Virus record (IMG/VR): IMGVR_UViG_3300016471_001132
Coordinates: 1-64,000 of that record
Direction: 5' to 3' (one strand)
Length of the DNA stretch: 64,000 nt
Source of the DNA: a virus
Shown here one piece after another: positions 35,738 through 45,385 of this stretch. The notes under the pieces were generated by a model. It was not told the origin of the DNA. It saw nothing but the letters and a program-made list of their open reading frames with translations, and did no database searches. Made by a program: the position numbers and the translations under genes. Every line of letters starts with the position of its first letter. Within the stretch, counting starts at the first letter, position 1.

Positions 35738-37401
35738 TTTTTCTTTCCGCCGGTGCCCCAGTTTGCAGCACCTTTTTTACGGCATTGAACCAAAGCACCC
35801 GATGCGTAAGCGCTGGGCCATACTTTGTACCGGCTACGCACTTTGTGATAGCAGGCATCTTTGCCAGCCTCGTCGAGGATTATATTTTCATTTTCGTCGC
35901 GTCTGACAGCCAAACTCCGGGTCTCTCCCAGAGTGCCGGTCTTGGCCTGTGGTTGGAATGGCTCTTCTCCGTCCAGGGGAAGCTCTTTCTGCGGTCCTCG
36001 GCTGCGCCGACGGATATCTATCACATTAGATGGCACTGGTTCGGCAGTAGGCACAGATAGTGCAGTGGGTTCGGTTGATGGAGTGACCGTGGCAGCTGGA
36101 GCGATATCCAATTGAGGCTGGTCCAAAGGCAGTTGATCTCTGCTCTTGACAGAAGATTTTTTCGTGGCTGTTTTTTTCAGCGATGTTTTTTTGACTGCTG
36201 GTGCTGTGATTTGTGCCGCTGGTTGTCCTCCTACAGAAGGTCCTGCTGGTGCAGCAGTCACATCTGATCGTGGTTCAACAGCAGGTTCGATCTTGCTTGC
36301 TTGTTTGAGATCATTGATGGCTTTTTGTTGATCACGATCAACATCAAGGATCTTTTTTATCGCATCGCTTTGAGCTTGATTAGTGGCCTGTATTTGTTTG
36401 ACCATGGTGCTACTGGCACCTTTACGCCCTTGCAGTTGTGCCAGGCTTTTCCGGAGATCAGCTTTGACATCGGTTTCGAGATCGTCGATTTCACGCTCAA
36501 GCTTGTCTATATCTTGCTGATCTCGTTTGCGTTTGTCTTCTATATCGTAGGCCAAGGCTTCGATGTCACTGGTGGCCTGAGGCTGGCGTGCCCGTATCCG
36601 GGCGATCATTTTTTGGGTACGAGCAGTGGCATCGGCACCGCCGATCGACCCAGCAGCTACTTCACTCTTTTTTTTTACTTCGCTGGCTTCTCGGGTGTAC
36701 CGTGGTGCCTGGGTGCGGCTGCTTTGTCCGCCTAGGGCCACATCTCCGGATTGGCCTTCGAGTTGGTTCAGTAGATAATGTAAGCTATCGGGCTGTCCTA
36801 GGTTGAGCAAAAATTGTGGTAAAGCACCTTTTTTCTGATAACCAGCCGCCATCTGCAGTATTCGGTTTTTAACTTCAGGATCGTAAATCAAAAACTGCTC
36901 GTTGCTCATGTTGAAACGCAAAGGCCTACGGCTCATGCGTGCAAACTCTTTGTCTTTTTGCAGTACTGTCAGTATCAACGCGCCGCGATTTTCTGGGTTC
37001 ATTGAGGCAGGAACATCAACCTCTTGTTCGTCAAGAATTTCTTCTGATATAGGCTCGACCCGTCCATTGACAGTACGGGCATATTTTTCAGCCGACGCTT
37101 GATCTTGGAAAGCAGCGGTCGGCCGATTGGGCCTGGGATCGACGACCCGGTGTGTAAGTTTGGGTTGATTACCTTGCGGCTGTTGCGAAAGAGGCTCGAC
37201 TTGACCGCCTGTGCTCCGCGCATATGCATCAGCAGCAGCGCGATCCATGAACTGGCTGTTGCCCACTTGGAAGCGGAAGGCACCCTGGGGGCGCTCTTTT
37301 TCTACATCACGCATGGTGATATCGGGCTTGCCTTGCTGCCTACGGAGATAAGTGGGCATGTCGCTGGGTTTGAGTGCTTCAAAAATTTCGTCGAGGATCA
37401 T
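35734..37401 (-). CDS. modular putative internal head protein (555 aa, MILDEIFE)
   Basis: Modules separated by ILDE/LGE/ILDE; coiled coil; Pro/Ala linker; basic C-terminal Cys-pair module. Confidence 0.7.
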   Translation of the reverse strand: MILDEIFEALKPSDMPTYLRRQQGKPDITMRDVEKERPQGAFRFQVGNSQFMDRAAADAYARSTGGQVEPLSQQPQGNQPKLTHRVVDPRPNRPTAAFQDQASAEKYARTVNGRVEPISEEILDEQEVDVPASMNPENRGALILTVLQKDKEFARMSRRPLRFNMSNEQFLIYDPEVKNRILQMAAGYQKKGALPQFLLNLGQPDSLHYLLNQLEGQSGDVALGGQSSRTQAPRYTREASEVKKKSEVAAGSIGGADATARTQKMIARIRARQPQATSDIEALAYDIEDKRKRDQQDIDKLEREIDDLETDVKADLRKSLAQLQGRKGASSTMVKQIQATNQAQSDAIKKILDVDRDQQKAINDLKQASKIEPAVEPRSDVTAAPAGPSVGGQPAAQITAPAVKKTSLKKTATKKSSVKSRDQLPLDQPQLDIAPAATVTPSTEPTALSVPTAEPVPSNVIDIRRRSRGPQKELPLDGEEPFQPQAKTGTLGETRSLAVRRDENENIILDEAGKDACYHKVRSRYKVWPSAYASGALVQCRKKGAANWGTGGKKK

Positions 37402-38350
37402 GATTTTTTTCTTCTATATAATCTGCATTTTCCATCTGCCCACGGCGCCGGGCACAATACATTTCAACAGCCATTGTTGCTTCATCAAGATTCTTGAACT
37501 TTGCTTTAGATTCTTGGTTCTTGATAGTGATACGGAATCCATCGTCTTCGTTGCCGTGGATCTTGATCTCGTGACCGTCATCGGTCTTGAGAGTTTTTAC
37601 AGCAGGACCGATCTGGTCGATGTCTCGTTCCAGTTTATCTTTGAGGTCTGGATCCTTCTTTATCTCTTTAGTAAGATCCGAAAGATAGTCGCCCAGTTTC
37701 TTTTTAACTGAGGAAATCACATCTTCTGTGGTGGCAGCTGACTCTGCGAATGGCCTGCGGTCGTCCATCTCTTCTCGGCTGCCCATGCGATCATCCAAGG
37801 CATCTTTCACATACTGAACATAAGCTGAGATATCAGAGGACCCAATTTCTTCGAAATCGCCTTCACCTTCGGTGACATCATCGATGGCCTGCATCAATGC
37901 TTCTACGCCATATTTGACGATCCATTCGGGATGCTGATTAACGATCCTGCGGGTGACAGCCTGCGCCATGGGATTGGCATCCTGGTCTTCTTTGATGATG
38001 CCAGCATTTCTTGCGGCTAAATCTAGTGTGGCTAATCTTTCTTTGGCTGCAGCTTTGCTTTCTGTGTCCAATCCGGGTTGACTCAACATGCGGAACAAAA
38101 TATCACGCTTGTCGAGGTAATCTTTTTTGTCTTTGATGACATTGTACCCGCTTCGATTGAAAGAGACGACATCGCCTTCTTGCATCTCATCTTCACCCAC
38201 GAGATATCCCAGCGTGGCATTTTTTCCGGGATATGGTCCTGCTAACTGAGGAGAGGTATCGGCGGGTCGGAACAGGGCCGGCAACTGCTTGACCGACTTC
38301 TGTGCAGCGTCAAGATTTTCTAGGATGCGATAGATGTCGTGATCGCTCAT
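37379..38350 (-). CDS. modular putative internal head protein (323 aa)
   Basis: MSDHDIYRILE; internal MQE, IKE, FAE, LDE, YIEE motifs. Confidence 0.7.
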   Translation of the reverse strand: MSDHDIYRILENLDAAQKSVKQLPALFRPADTSPQLAGPYPGKNATLGYLVGEDEMQEGDVVSFNRSGYNVIKDKKDYLDKRDILFRMLSQPGLDTESKAAAKERLATLDLAARNAGIIKEDQDANPMAQAVTRRIVNQHPEWIVKYGVEALMQAIDDVTEGEGDFEEIGSSDISAYVQYVKDALDDRMGSREEMDDRRPFAESAATTEDVISSVKKKLGDYLSDLTKEIKKDPDLKDKLERDIDQIGPAVKTLKTDDGHEIKIHGNEDDGFRITIKNQESKAKFKNLDEATMAVEMYCARRRGQMENADYIEEKNHDPRRNF

Positions 38351-38787
38351 TCTCTGTTCTCTTTGAGGTAAGCTTTCATCTGCCAGGCATATTTGCCATG
38401 GCTCTCTTGACGCTCGGCGGCGAAATTAGCGATGTCTTCACGACCTTCTTGGCTGGCAGCATCAAACAATTGTTTGCTGAGATCGATCATGGTCTGTGTA
38501 TCCGCCAAAAGTTCTGTGAGCATAAGCCGTGCCCGGGGAACTTTGATTTGTTCAGTGATCAAGCTGAGTTCTTGGAAACGCTGCAGGCTACCCGGTGCAT
38601 ATTCACCGGTGGTGCGGATGAATTCAGCAGTCTTGTCGATGCTGTCTTGAGTGTCTTCGTAGACCTTAGACAGGAATTTGTGTAATTCACCAAAGTTACT
38701 GCCCTCCACATTCCAATGGAATCCCCAGGCCTTGGTGAAATAGGCATAACTTGTGCCTAAAAATGTTTTGAGATCATCTACCAGCAT
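38347..38787 (-). CDS. dps: Dps / ferritin-like protein
   Basis: FHWNVEG..F..LH..L...YE...D..AE.IR ferroxidase pattern. Confidence 0.85.
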   Translation of the reverse strand: MLVDDLKTFLGTSYAYFTKAWGFHWNVEGSNFGELHKFLSKVYEDTQDSIDKTAEFIRTTGEYAPGSLQRFQELSLITEQIKVPRARLMLTELLADTQTMIDLSKQLFDAASQEGREDIANFAAERQESHGKYAWQMKAYLKENRE

Positions 38788-38953
38788 TGCGTTTCCGTTT
38801 CTTTCCTGATTTAAAACTATTCATATATTTAGCAGGCCCGCTCAAACCCTGCCGCGAGATCATAGTGCCCAGAGGTTGGATTACAGGCGCCATGCTGCCA
38901 GCTACACTGGCCCCGGCAGACGCATCTTCACGCATGAATTCTCGGGCTCTCAC
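38774..38953 (-). CDS. CTS-tagged small basic protein (59 aa, GTG start, MRAREFMRE)
   Basis: GTGA overlap with the upstream stop; the track start at 39115 is in a different gene. Confidence 0.65.
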   Translation of the reverse strand: MRAREFMREDASAGASVAGSMAPVIQPLGTMISRQGLSGPAKYMNSFKSGKKRKRNAGR

Positions 38954-39237
38954 GGTCGTATCTCCAAAGTCTTTTTGTCCAACCAGGCAGCAGGACCACG
39001 GTCTATACGATGTCCACCTATGGTAAATTTGGCGATCTGTGGACCCACTGGTTCCACTCTGATCTGATATTGTCCCGGGGGTGCTGAAATCTGCAAGTGT
39101 TCTTCTAGATAACAATCAGGCCAACGGTAGGTGCGTTCGGCAAACATTTCGTCATTGACATAGATGCGATATACCGGATCTAGTCCTTCCCACTTGCAAT
39201 CTAGATTGAATACAGCCCTGACGAATACTGGTTCCAT
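38950..39237 (-). CDS. hypothetical beta-rich protein (95 aa)
   Basis: TAAATA 4 nt upstream of the ATG. Confidence 0.7.
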   Translation of the reverse strand: MEPVFVRAVFNLDCKWEGLDPVYRIYVNDEMFAERTYRWPDCYLEEHLQISAPPGQYQIRVEPVGPQIAKFTIGGHRIDRGPAAWLDKKTLEIRP

Positions 39238-39241
39238 CCAG

Positions 39242-39247
39242 TATTTA
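39242..39247 (-). promoter_or_regulatory. TAAATA late-promoter-like motif
   Basis: 4 nt before the ATG; no SD. Confidence 0.5.
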
Positions 39248-39255
39248 TGTACTGT

Positions 39256-39450
39256 TTACTTGACTTCTTTGGGTTGTCCTACCAGCACATTGGGATTGAG
39301 ATACTGTGCCCGGATCACCCGCCTTGCCATTTCGGCATTGCGGGCCATCACAGTAGTGTCCATCTGCTGTGTATATCCTTTTTGCTGCAGTTTAAGCCTC
39401 ACTCGGTAGGTCTTGAGAGGTGGACGAGTTTGGAATTCCTGAGCTCGCAT
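39256..39450 (-). CDS. small basic protein with a CTS-like start (MRAQEF)
   Basis: Same ATGCGAGC.CAGGAATTC start as 47593..49047. Confidence 0.7.
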   Translation of the reverse strand: MRAQEFQTRPPLKTYRVRLKLQQKGYTQQMDTTVMARNAEMARRVIRAQYLNPNVLVGQPKEVK

Positions 39451-39451
39451 A

Positions 39452-39955
39452 CTAGAACACCGGGGGAGGGGGCAAGTTGGGAGGTCCCGGGGGAGCAGAA
39501 CTCACTGGTGCCACTCCTGGTGGGGGAGGCGGAGGAGGCATCCCAACAGGTGCAGCTGGTGCAGCAGGTTTGAATGCAGGTGGTGCCACAGATGCAGTGG
39601 ATGTGGGTGCGGGAGACACAGGTCTAGCGTTGGGCACAGCACCAGCAGCAGCATCCAAGGCCTTGGCTTTGAGATCTTTGTCGTTGCCGGCCAACATGAT
39701 GCCCGACAGGGTACCAGTCAAGAATGTGGCTATGGGTATGATCAGCTCAAAGAACTTCTGGTCGATGGGGCTGATAGCGTTGAGAGGCTGTGTGACGAAG
39801 ATGATGCTGTACAGAACAACAAACACGATGCCCACCAAGGTCAGTGCCAGACAGATGCCTATGAAAAACTTGAGGCGAGCCATCAACTGTTCTTCGGTGT
39901 ACATGAAAAACGGTTCGGGTTGTTTGTCTTTGTCGAAAGGGTTGGGTAGGTTCAT
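39452..39955 (-). CDS. 2-TM membrane protein with a Pro/Ala-rich tail
   Basis: Two hydrophobic helices; poly-Pro C-terminus. Confidence 0.75.
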   Translation of the reverse strand: MNLPNPFDKDKQPEPFFMYTEEQLMARLKFFIGICLALTLVGIVFVVLYSIIFVTQPLNAISPIDQKFFELIIPIATFLTGTLSGIMLAGNDKDLKAKALDAAAGAVPNARPVSPAPTSTASVAPPAFKPAAPAAPVGMPPPPPPPGVAPVSSAPPGPPNLPPPPVF

Positions 39956-40236
39956 TTACAAGCGACTCCTGTGGTAGAAGGGGTTGGCACGGCTGGTTTC
40001 GCTGCAGCCGAGGCTGGTGTGTCACTGGGTGGTCCCAGTCTCGGGTCTCGTTGACCCTTGAATATGTGCTCGGGGCAGGTGCGAGTGACATCACACAAGG
40101 GTTTTTGGCATTGTGGGCTGTCCCAGTTGGCTGGATCCTGGCAAGGGTAGCGGAAACTGTCACCGCCGAAGATGGCCAACATCAGCGGTACGAAAATCAG
40201 CAGGCCCAACCATTTGAATAGTTTTTTATCGTTCAT
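39952..40236 (-). CDS. small exported Cys-rich protein; start revised to MNDKK at 40236
   Basis: SD AGGAG; N-terminal TM/signal; FRYPCQDPANW...CQKPLC...C. Confidence 0.7.
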   Translation of the reverse strand: MNDKKLFKWLGLLIFVPLMLAIFGGDSFRYPCQDPANWDSPQCQKPLCDVTRTCPEHIFKGQRDPRLGPPSDTPASAAAKPAVPTPSTTGVACK

Positions 40237-40259
40237 TGCGTTAGGTGCTCCTATGCCAA

Positions 40260-40265
40260 TATTTA
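40260..40265 (-). promoter_or_regulatory. TAAATA late-promoter-like motif
   Basis: Immediately after the terminator, upstream of the SD of 39952..40236. Confidence 0.5.
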
Positions 40266-40268
40266 GCC

Positions 40269-40297
40269 AAAACAAAGCCCGCCAAAGTGACGGGCTT
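40269..40297 (-). terminator. intrinsic terminator
   Basis: AAGCCCG-TCACTTTGG-CGGGCTT followed by TGTTTT, after the stop at 40318. Confidence 0.75.
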
Positions 40298-40317
40298 GTT
40301 ACGCAAATAGGCGTACT

Positions 40318-40818
40318 TTATTTGTTGGCCAAGGGATTGTCCAAGGCTTTCTTGATCTTGTCATCCACTTCTTTCCTGACTTCACGCAGCTCATTGCGGA
40401 CTTCTTTGACATCTTGCATGGTCTCTCGCTGTGTCTGCTTGGCACCACGCTCCACTGAATCCACTGTGTTTTCCAGCCTGCGTATATCGCCTTTGAGATC
40501 GTTCTTGATGTTGTTGGTGTACTCAGTGGCCTGCTCGGCCTGCTTGGTTATCACAGCCAGCCGCTTGTCAAATTCACTGAGATCTGGTGCCACATACTCG
40601 GCGATACGCTTCTTCATGCTGGTGTAGTCTTTGTAGACTTCAAAAGCACCATACAAGCCGCCCAAGATGGAACTTATGATGGTGGCTGCCACCATGAGTT
40701 TGGCCGGCGTGAACTCGTAGCCACCTATAGAGATCACTGTGTCCTTGCTGGCATACTTCTTGACCGCTGCATCCATGGCATCGATGTGCTTGTTTACATC
40801 TTTGATTTCTTCACCCAT
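40318..40818 (-). CDS. single-TM coiled-coil protein (166 aa)
   Basis: TM segment LMVAATIISSILGGLYGAF followed by heptad repeats. Confidence 0.75.
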   Translation of the reverse strand: MGEEIKDVNKHIDAMDAAVKKYASKDTVISIGGYEFTPAKLMVAATIISSILGGLYGAFEVYKDYTSMKKRIAEYVAPDLSEFDKRLAVITKQAEQATEYTNNIKNDLKGDIRRLENTVDSVERGAKQTQRETMQDVKEVRNELREVRKEVDDKIKKALDNPLANK

Positions 40819-40972
40819 TTTCCTGCTCCTTTATTTGTTTAAGACCCAGTGGATCCCATATTTTCTTTTTTTCTACCTTTTTCGGTTCGTAATGGAAGTA
40901 CAGTATGTAATACAGTACCGCAAAACACTCCAGTATCACGAACACAAAAAATGATTCCATTATCAATGACAT
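40811..40972 (-). CDS. 53-aa single-TM protein, not in the ORF track
   Basis: MSLIMESFFVFVILECFAVLYYILYFHYEPKKVEKKKIWDPLGLKQIKEQENG fills the AT-rich gap. Confidence 0.55.
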   Translation of the reverse strand: MSLIMESFFVFVILECFAVLYYILYFHYEPKKVEKKKIWDPLGLKQIKEQENG

Positions 40973-40986
40973 GATTATTTTTCTTG

Positions 40987-43386
40987 TTATCTCCTCAACT
41001 GATACTGTTGATCTATCATGTCTTGGTGCATCCTATCGCTGGCTCCGTTGAGTTGACGTAGCAGGCTGCGATTGTCCACATTGTCTTTGTTGTATTGCCG
41101 TGCCATGGCTCTGGCGTTGATGTCGGGCACTATGGCATTGTTGTAGCTGTCAAATCCCGGAGTATAGTTCATGAGTCCCAGGACCACTGCTTGGCTGGCA
41201 GTCTGGGCTTCGATGGTGGCGGCCCGTGATATGTCATTGGCCAGCTCTCGGGCTTTTTCTGTGGCAGCCTTCTTTACTGCTTCTCGTCGTTGGGCCTGTG
41301 AGTTGGTGTCGGACTTTTTGTCTGATTTGGCATCGGATGACGAGGTTTTCTCTTTTGAGTCTCCGGATGTTTCCTTGGTGTCCTTTTTAGTATCAGCACT
41401 GGCTGTCTCCCGTTTCTCCACTGTATTTACTACGGCCTCTACAGCGGCAGCCGTCTGCTTTTGTTCGGCCTGTGCTGCCTGTGTTTGTTGCTGTGTGGGC
41501 GCTGCCGCAGGTGTGGGCTGCTGGGGTTGAATGTCTCGGTTGTCGGAACCACCAGTGGTCTTGACCACAGCAGTGGGATCAGCGGCATCGCTTTTGGTAG
41601 TCAGTACCGAGTTCACTGTGCTGTCTGACACCAAGGCCACTGTAGTGTTTATAGTGCCGTTGGATTTGATGTCTATGGCGGGTTCAGAAGTAGATGCTGT
41701 GGCAGTAGATGATGTAGAGGTCGTGGAATAGTTGGGACACAATGTATTGCTCTGGCTGTTGGTGCTGCAGGCCGCCAGCGTGGTCTGATAACTAGGGCAA
41801 TAGGTGTACAACAGTTGATTCACTGAGCATTCTGCTGATGCTGTCTGATAGGCAGGACAATAGGTATGGCTCAAGGGATTGGCTGAACATTGTTCCACTG
41901 CTGCAGTATATCCAGTACAACCTGAATCATAGAAAGGGTTGAGGCTGCACTGCTGGCTGTAGTAGGCCTGGGCGTAACCGGGACAGGTCACAGCATACAA
42001 GGAATTGATGCTGCACTGCTGGGCATGATAGGCAACAGCATAGCCAGGACAGGTGCTGTCATAGAGAGCATTGATCGAGCACTGCTGATTGAAATAGGCT
42101 TGAGCATAACCAGGACAATTGGGAGAAAACAAAGGATTCTGGGCACACACATCCGTGGTCTCTGTGCCTGAGAATGTGTAGGCAGTACCGGCAGTGGCAG
42201 TCATAGTAGCGGCTGGTCCAAAATGTTTCTGATAGTATTGACCCTGGCTGATGTCACCGGCGATACCGATCAAAGGTGTTGCGTTGGCCGACAGATTGAT
42301 TTGGCTGTAGTTGATGCCGATGTAGCCGGAATCTTTGATGTTGACGCTGAAGGTGTTTTCGTTGTTGGTGCCGATCTCATTCACACGATTCCAAGTGTAT
42401 TTGATGCCAGTGCCAGCATCAGTCTGCTCTGTGTAGAAAGTGCTGTTGGCACCGGGGATGAGATCTGTGTTGAGTGCATAGATGGCATAACGCCAGGGAG
42501 AGTTAGGCGATAATACTTGACCGTTGAGATCAGTTCCTGAACAACAGAAACCACCAGGGTTGGGATCCAAGAAGCCCACTACACCGTTGGTGTACATCAC
42601 CGATGTGGTGAACAGTTGACCGTAGAAGGGAAATATAAACGGCAAGTTCACTATGGCATAGCCATCGTCGCTCATGTTGTAGTAGGTCTTGTAACCTGGA
42701 CAGGAGGGATTGCTCTGTGGATTGGCCACGCAAGGATCCACTGGTGCTGCTGTATAGTTGAGCTGCAGACTGACATTACGCACCTGCGGGCCATAATAAC
42801 CGTTCCAAGAGCCAGCGTCACTGCCGGTGAATTCTACACCAAGCGTGCCAGCGTTGGCGATTTCCAAAGGTGTGGCCAAAGACTTGGTGCCACCATACCA
42901 GTTCCATTCGCTGGGCCCAGTGTAGGTGCGAGTGTCAGACAGTATCCTGGTACCTCCGGAGTTGGTCATGAATGTGGTGGCTGTGAGCACATCATTGTAG
43001 GCGGGTTGACCACCCAGACCGCCGTTCATGTTACGGACTTCATAACCCCAGTTGTAACCGTTGATTTGTACACCAGCATTTACTCCGGCCAAGGCTTGAT
43101 TGATGGCTATGACTTGTGCCACAGTGGTCTGGCCATAACTCCAGTGTATCTTGCCTGATTGACCATTGCTGCTACCCGATGTGTCCAAGAAGGGTGCCGA
43201 CCCTGAATAGGAAGTACAACATCCCCATAATTGCCCAGGCGGGGTACCATTGAGTTGGCTGTAACCCCCGATCCCAGTCCACACGCCCGTACCGGCGATG
43301 CCGGGCTGATTGGTGATCAGATTGGCAGTGGTGTCAGCCCAGGCTATGGAACTAACGAGTAGGAGCAGCGACAGCAGGCGACGCAC
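40987..43386 (-). CDS. secreted 799-aa protein: beta-sandwich, NIDO-like domain, Cys-rich tandem repeats, coiled-coil tail
   Basis: Signal peptide; LPFIFPFYG...YTNGVVGF; about 7 C-x9-C-P-G/A/S-Y repeats. Confidence 0.7.
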   Translation of the reverse strand: MRRLLSLLLLVSSIAWADTTANLITNQPGIAGTGVWTGIGGYSQLNGTPPGQLWGCCTSYSGSAPFLDTSGSSNGQSGKIHWSYGQTTVAQVIAINQALAGVNAGVQINGYNWGYEVRNMNGGLGGQPAYNDVLTATTFMTNSGGTRILSDTRTYTGPSEWNWYGGTKSLATPLEIANAGTLGVEFTGSDAGSWNGYYGPQVRNVSLQLNYTAAPVDPCVANPQSNPSCPGYKTYYNMSDDGYAIVNLPFIFPFYGQLFTTSVMYTNGVVGFLDPNPGGFCCSGTDLNGQVLSPNSPWRYAIYALNTDLIPGANSTFYTEQTDAGTGIKYTWNRVNEIGTNNENTFSVNIKDSGYIGINYSQINLSANATPLIGIAGDISQGQYYQKHFGPAATMTATAGTAYTFSGTETTDVCAQNPLFSPNCPGYAQAYFNQQCSINALYDSTCPGYAVAYHAQQCSINSLYAVTCPGYAQAYYSQQCSLNPFYDSGCTGYTAAVEQCSANPLSHTYCPAYQTASAECSVNQLLYTYCPSYQTTLAACSTNSQSNTLCPNYSTTSTSSTATASTSEPAIDIKSNGTINTTVALVSDSTVNSVLTTKSDAADPTAVVKTTGGSDNRDIQPQQPTPAAAPTQQQTQAAQAEQKQTAAAVEAVVNTVEKRETASADTKKDTKETSGDSKEKTSSSDAKSDKKSDTNSQAQRREAVKKAATEKARELANDISRAATIEAQTASQAVVLGLMNYTPGFDSYNNAIVPDINARAMARQYNKDNVDNRSLLRQLNGASDRMHQDMIDQQYQLRR
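41730..42155 (-). repeat. intragenic Cys-rich tandem repeat, about 7 units of 20-22 aa
   Basis: QQCSINxLYxxTCPGYAxAY-like units in the 799-aa protein. Confidence 0.8.
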
Positions 43387-43978
43387 AGCCCATCCGCTCC
43401 CTGACTAAAAGATCTTCACCACGATAATCACCGCAAGCGGCCTTGGCTCCGGGCCTGACATCCTCGGGTTTCTCTTCCCGCTTGGGCGGGTTGGGTATGT
43501 TGTAGAAACCTACATTTTCCTTCTGTGCAGAATCAGGTTTGACACCACGCTCGTCCCAGATGGCACGGGCTTCAGCACCGATCTTGCCTTCTACAGGACA
43601 GGGTGTACCAGCGTTGAGCATGGCAGTGAACACACGCTCGTCTTGGCAAAGTGTGGCAACAGCAGCCACTTTCATGCCCATGTCATAGAGATTCTTGCTG
43701 AGTTTCAAGCGTTCGCAGTTCTTGTCTACGAATGTAGATCCGATGGCTATGCCCAGGATCTGTGTCTGGGCAGCACCCGATACGCCCACAGCACACAGGT
43801 CATTGTTCATGCTCGTGACAGCAGGTGCCACAGCCGACGGTGGTGGCGATTTGACCGTGGTCTCGCTCTTGGAAGTGCTGTTGGAAGTTGAATTGGAAGT
43901 TGATTCCGTGACGATGGCCTGTGCCAACGCCGAACTGGCCACCAGGGCCAGGATACCGCTTATAATTATTTTTTTCAT
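43352..43978 (-). CDS. secreted protein (208 aa) with a conserved Cys-containing core
   Basis: Signal peptide; Ser/Thr linker; NCERLKLSK.L...GMKVAAVATLCQD. Confidence 0.75.
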   Translation of the reverse strand: MKKIIISGILALVASSALAQAIVTESTSNSTSNSTSKSETTVKSPPPSAVAPAVTSMNNDLCAVGVSGAAQTQILGIAIGSTFVDKNCERLKLSKNLYDMGMKVAAVATLCQDERVFTAMLNAGTPCPVEGKIGAEARAIWDERGVKPDSAQKENVGFYNIPNPPKREEKPEDVRPGAKAACGDYRGEDLLVRERMGCASPAVAAPTR

Positions 43979-44011
43979 TTTACAGTCTAGCTCCTTAGGC
44001 TAACTCAAGTT

Positions 44012-44017
44012 TATTTA
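44012..44017 (-). promoter_or_regulatory. TAAATA late-promoter-like motif
   Basis: Upstream of SD AAGGAG for 43352..43978. Confidence 0.5.
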
Positions 44018-44068
44018 CAAGGAACCGACTAGTAAGTTTTGTGCAGTGTTTTCTGTGTAAGAGTATTT

Positions 44069-44302
44069 TTACGCGATACTGCTGGCCACCATCACGGCCG
44101 ACACCAAAGCCGACTTGACATCGAGGTCGTCGGCTTCGCTGTCAAGGCGATCAGCACGCACGAGATCTTCCATGAGTTCTTTGTATTCGCTTGTAGATAT
44201 CTCACGAGCAGCATAGGATTCAGCCAGTTGCAGGGCCATCTGGGCACGCTGTTCTGCCCAAGGACGACCACAGGCCGCCAATTGTTGTAGTTGTTCAAAC
44301 AT
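44069..44302 (-). CDS. hypothetical helical protein (77 aa)
   Basis: Abuts the upstream stop (TAAATG). Confidence 0.7.
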   Translation of the reverse strand: MFEQLQQLAACGRPWAEQRAQMALQLAESYAAREISTSEYKELMEDLVRADRLDSEADDLDVKSALVSAVMVASSIA

Positions 44303-44692
44303 TTACCATCTCCCTAAGACAGAACCAGCGGCTCTGTCTATCTGTCCTACGAGAACTTTCTTCTTGATCTCGCAATAGGTCCGTGACCCTTCTTGGGTGG
44401 CAGATCTCTTGGCCCAATCAACAGCCGTCTGCTCCATGGGTTCTACTAATTTTAATACATCTTGTTGGCTACGGCCCTTGCTGTCGGAATACAGTCGGAA
44501 CCATTGTATGTCCTGGACGATGGCATCGGCCTGGGCGGCCTGTGCTTTCGTACAGTCTATGTTGTGTATCTTTTGCCGCACATCAATGATTTTCGCACTC
44601 TGATTGTCGTCCCAGAAACTGGGAATATATTTGTACATGTTGGCACAACCAGTCAAGGTCATGACCATAGCTATGACGAGTATCTTTTTCAT
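44303..44692 (-). CDS. lipoprotein (129 aa)
   Basis: MKK + hydrophobic stretch + LTGC lipobox. Confidence 0.75.
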   Translation of the reverse strand: MKKILVIAMVMTLTGCANMYKYIPSFWDDNQSAKIIDVRQKIHNIDCTKAQAAQADAIVQDIQWFRLYSDSKGRSQQDVLKLVEPMEQTAVDWAKRSATQEGSRTYCEIKKKVLVGQIDRAAGSVLGRW

Positions 44693-44713
44693 TTTTTCTT
44701 TTTTCCTATAATC

Positions 44714-45373
44714 CTACTTATCATACGGAAGGAATCTAAATCCCATCTCAAATGGTGTTTTTCCAATGTGTTTCTCTTCGAGATACGCTTTGCTTCTACA
44801 TACGCTCAAAAGATTTATTGGAACATGATTGTTAGTAGTACAGAGTTTTATGATATAGTTGCCAGTGATCGATACTGGACAATGCTTGGCCGCTAATCTC
44901 GATGATTCATATTGTCCCCACGGCGTGAGAAAGTATCCACGAGCATTGGGATTATTTCTCCCCGTCTTTGATTGAGAATATCTCTGTTTGGCCAGTTCGC
45001 TGCGAGGAGGTTGTTGGCAACCTTTTTTCTTCTGGCTCACTATCTGTGCTAACTCTTGCCGTAGTTTTTCATAAAAACGAGATTGTTTGATGACATTGTG
45101 TCTATCTGCTTTGCCTCGACCTGTAAGATAGAACACAGACATCACCATCTTTTTACGGGCTTCATTTGTGGTCATACGGGTAAGCAAGAGATGGCAAACA
45201 AAGTGTTCTCTGGCTGTGAGATCTACAAGATTGGATGGACTATTATCGCCGCCTAAACTGCGAGGGATGATGTGATGTCGTTCAGTATAGCCTGCGATGG
45301 TTCTTGATCTTGCTCGATCAACGATGTTATTATACCAACGGCTGTATTTGTTTTGTAAATACACGGCTGACAT
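44714..45373 (-). mobile_element. free-standing HNH (homing) endonuclease gene, low GC
   Basis: ERHHIIPRSLGG.N...NLV.LTAREHFVCHLLL motif; basic C-terminal DNA-binding-like region. Confidence 0.8.
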
Positions 45374-45385
45374 GGTCCTTTCATG

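Noticed and set aside
39480-39545. G-rich tract as a G-quadruplex or regulatory element
   Set aside because: It is explained by poly-Pro codons on the minus strand of the membrane protein.
44069-44692. Calling the lipoprotein plus 77-aa pair a spanin system
   Set aside because: There is no inner-membrane coiled-coil partner in the expected arrangement; a more spanin-like gene lies at the right edge of the window.
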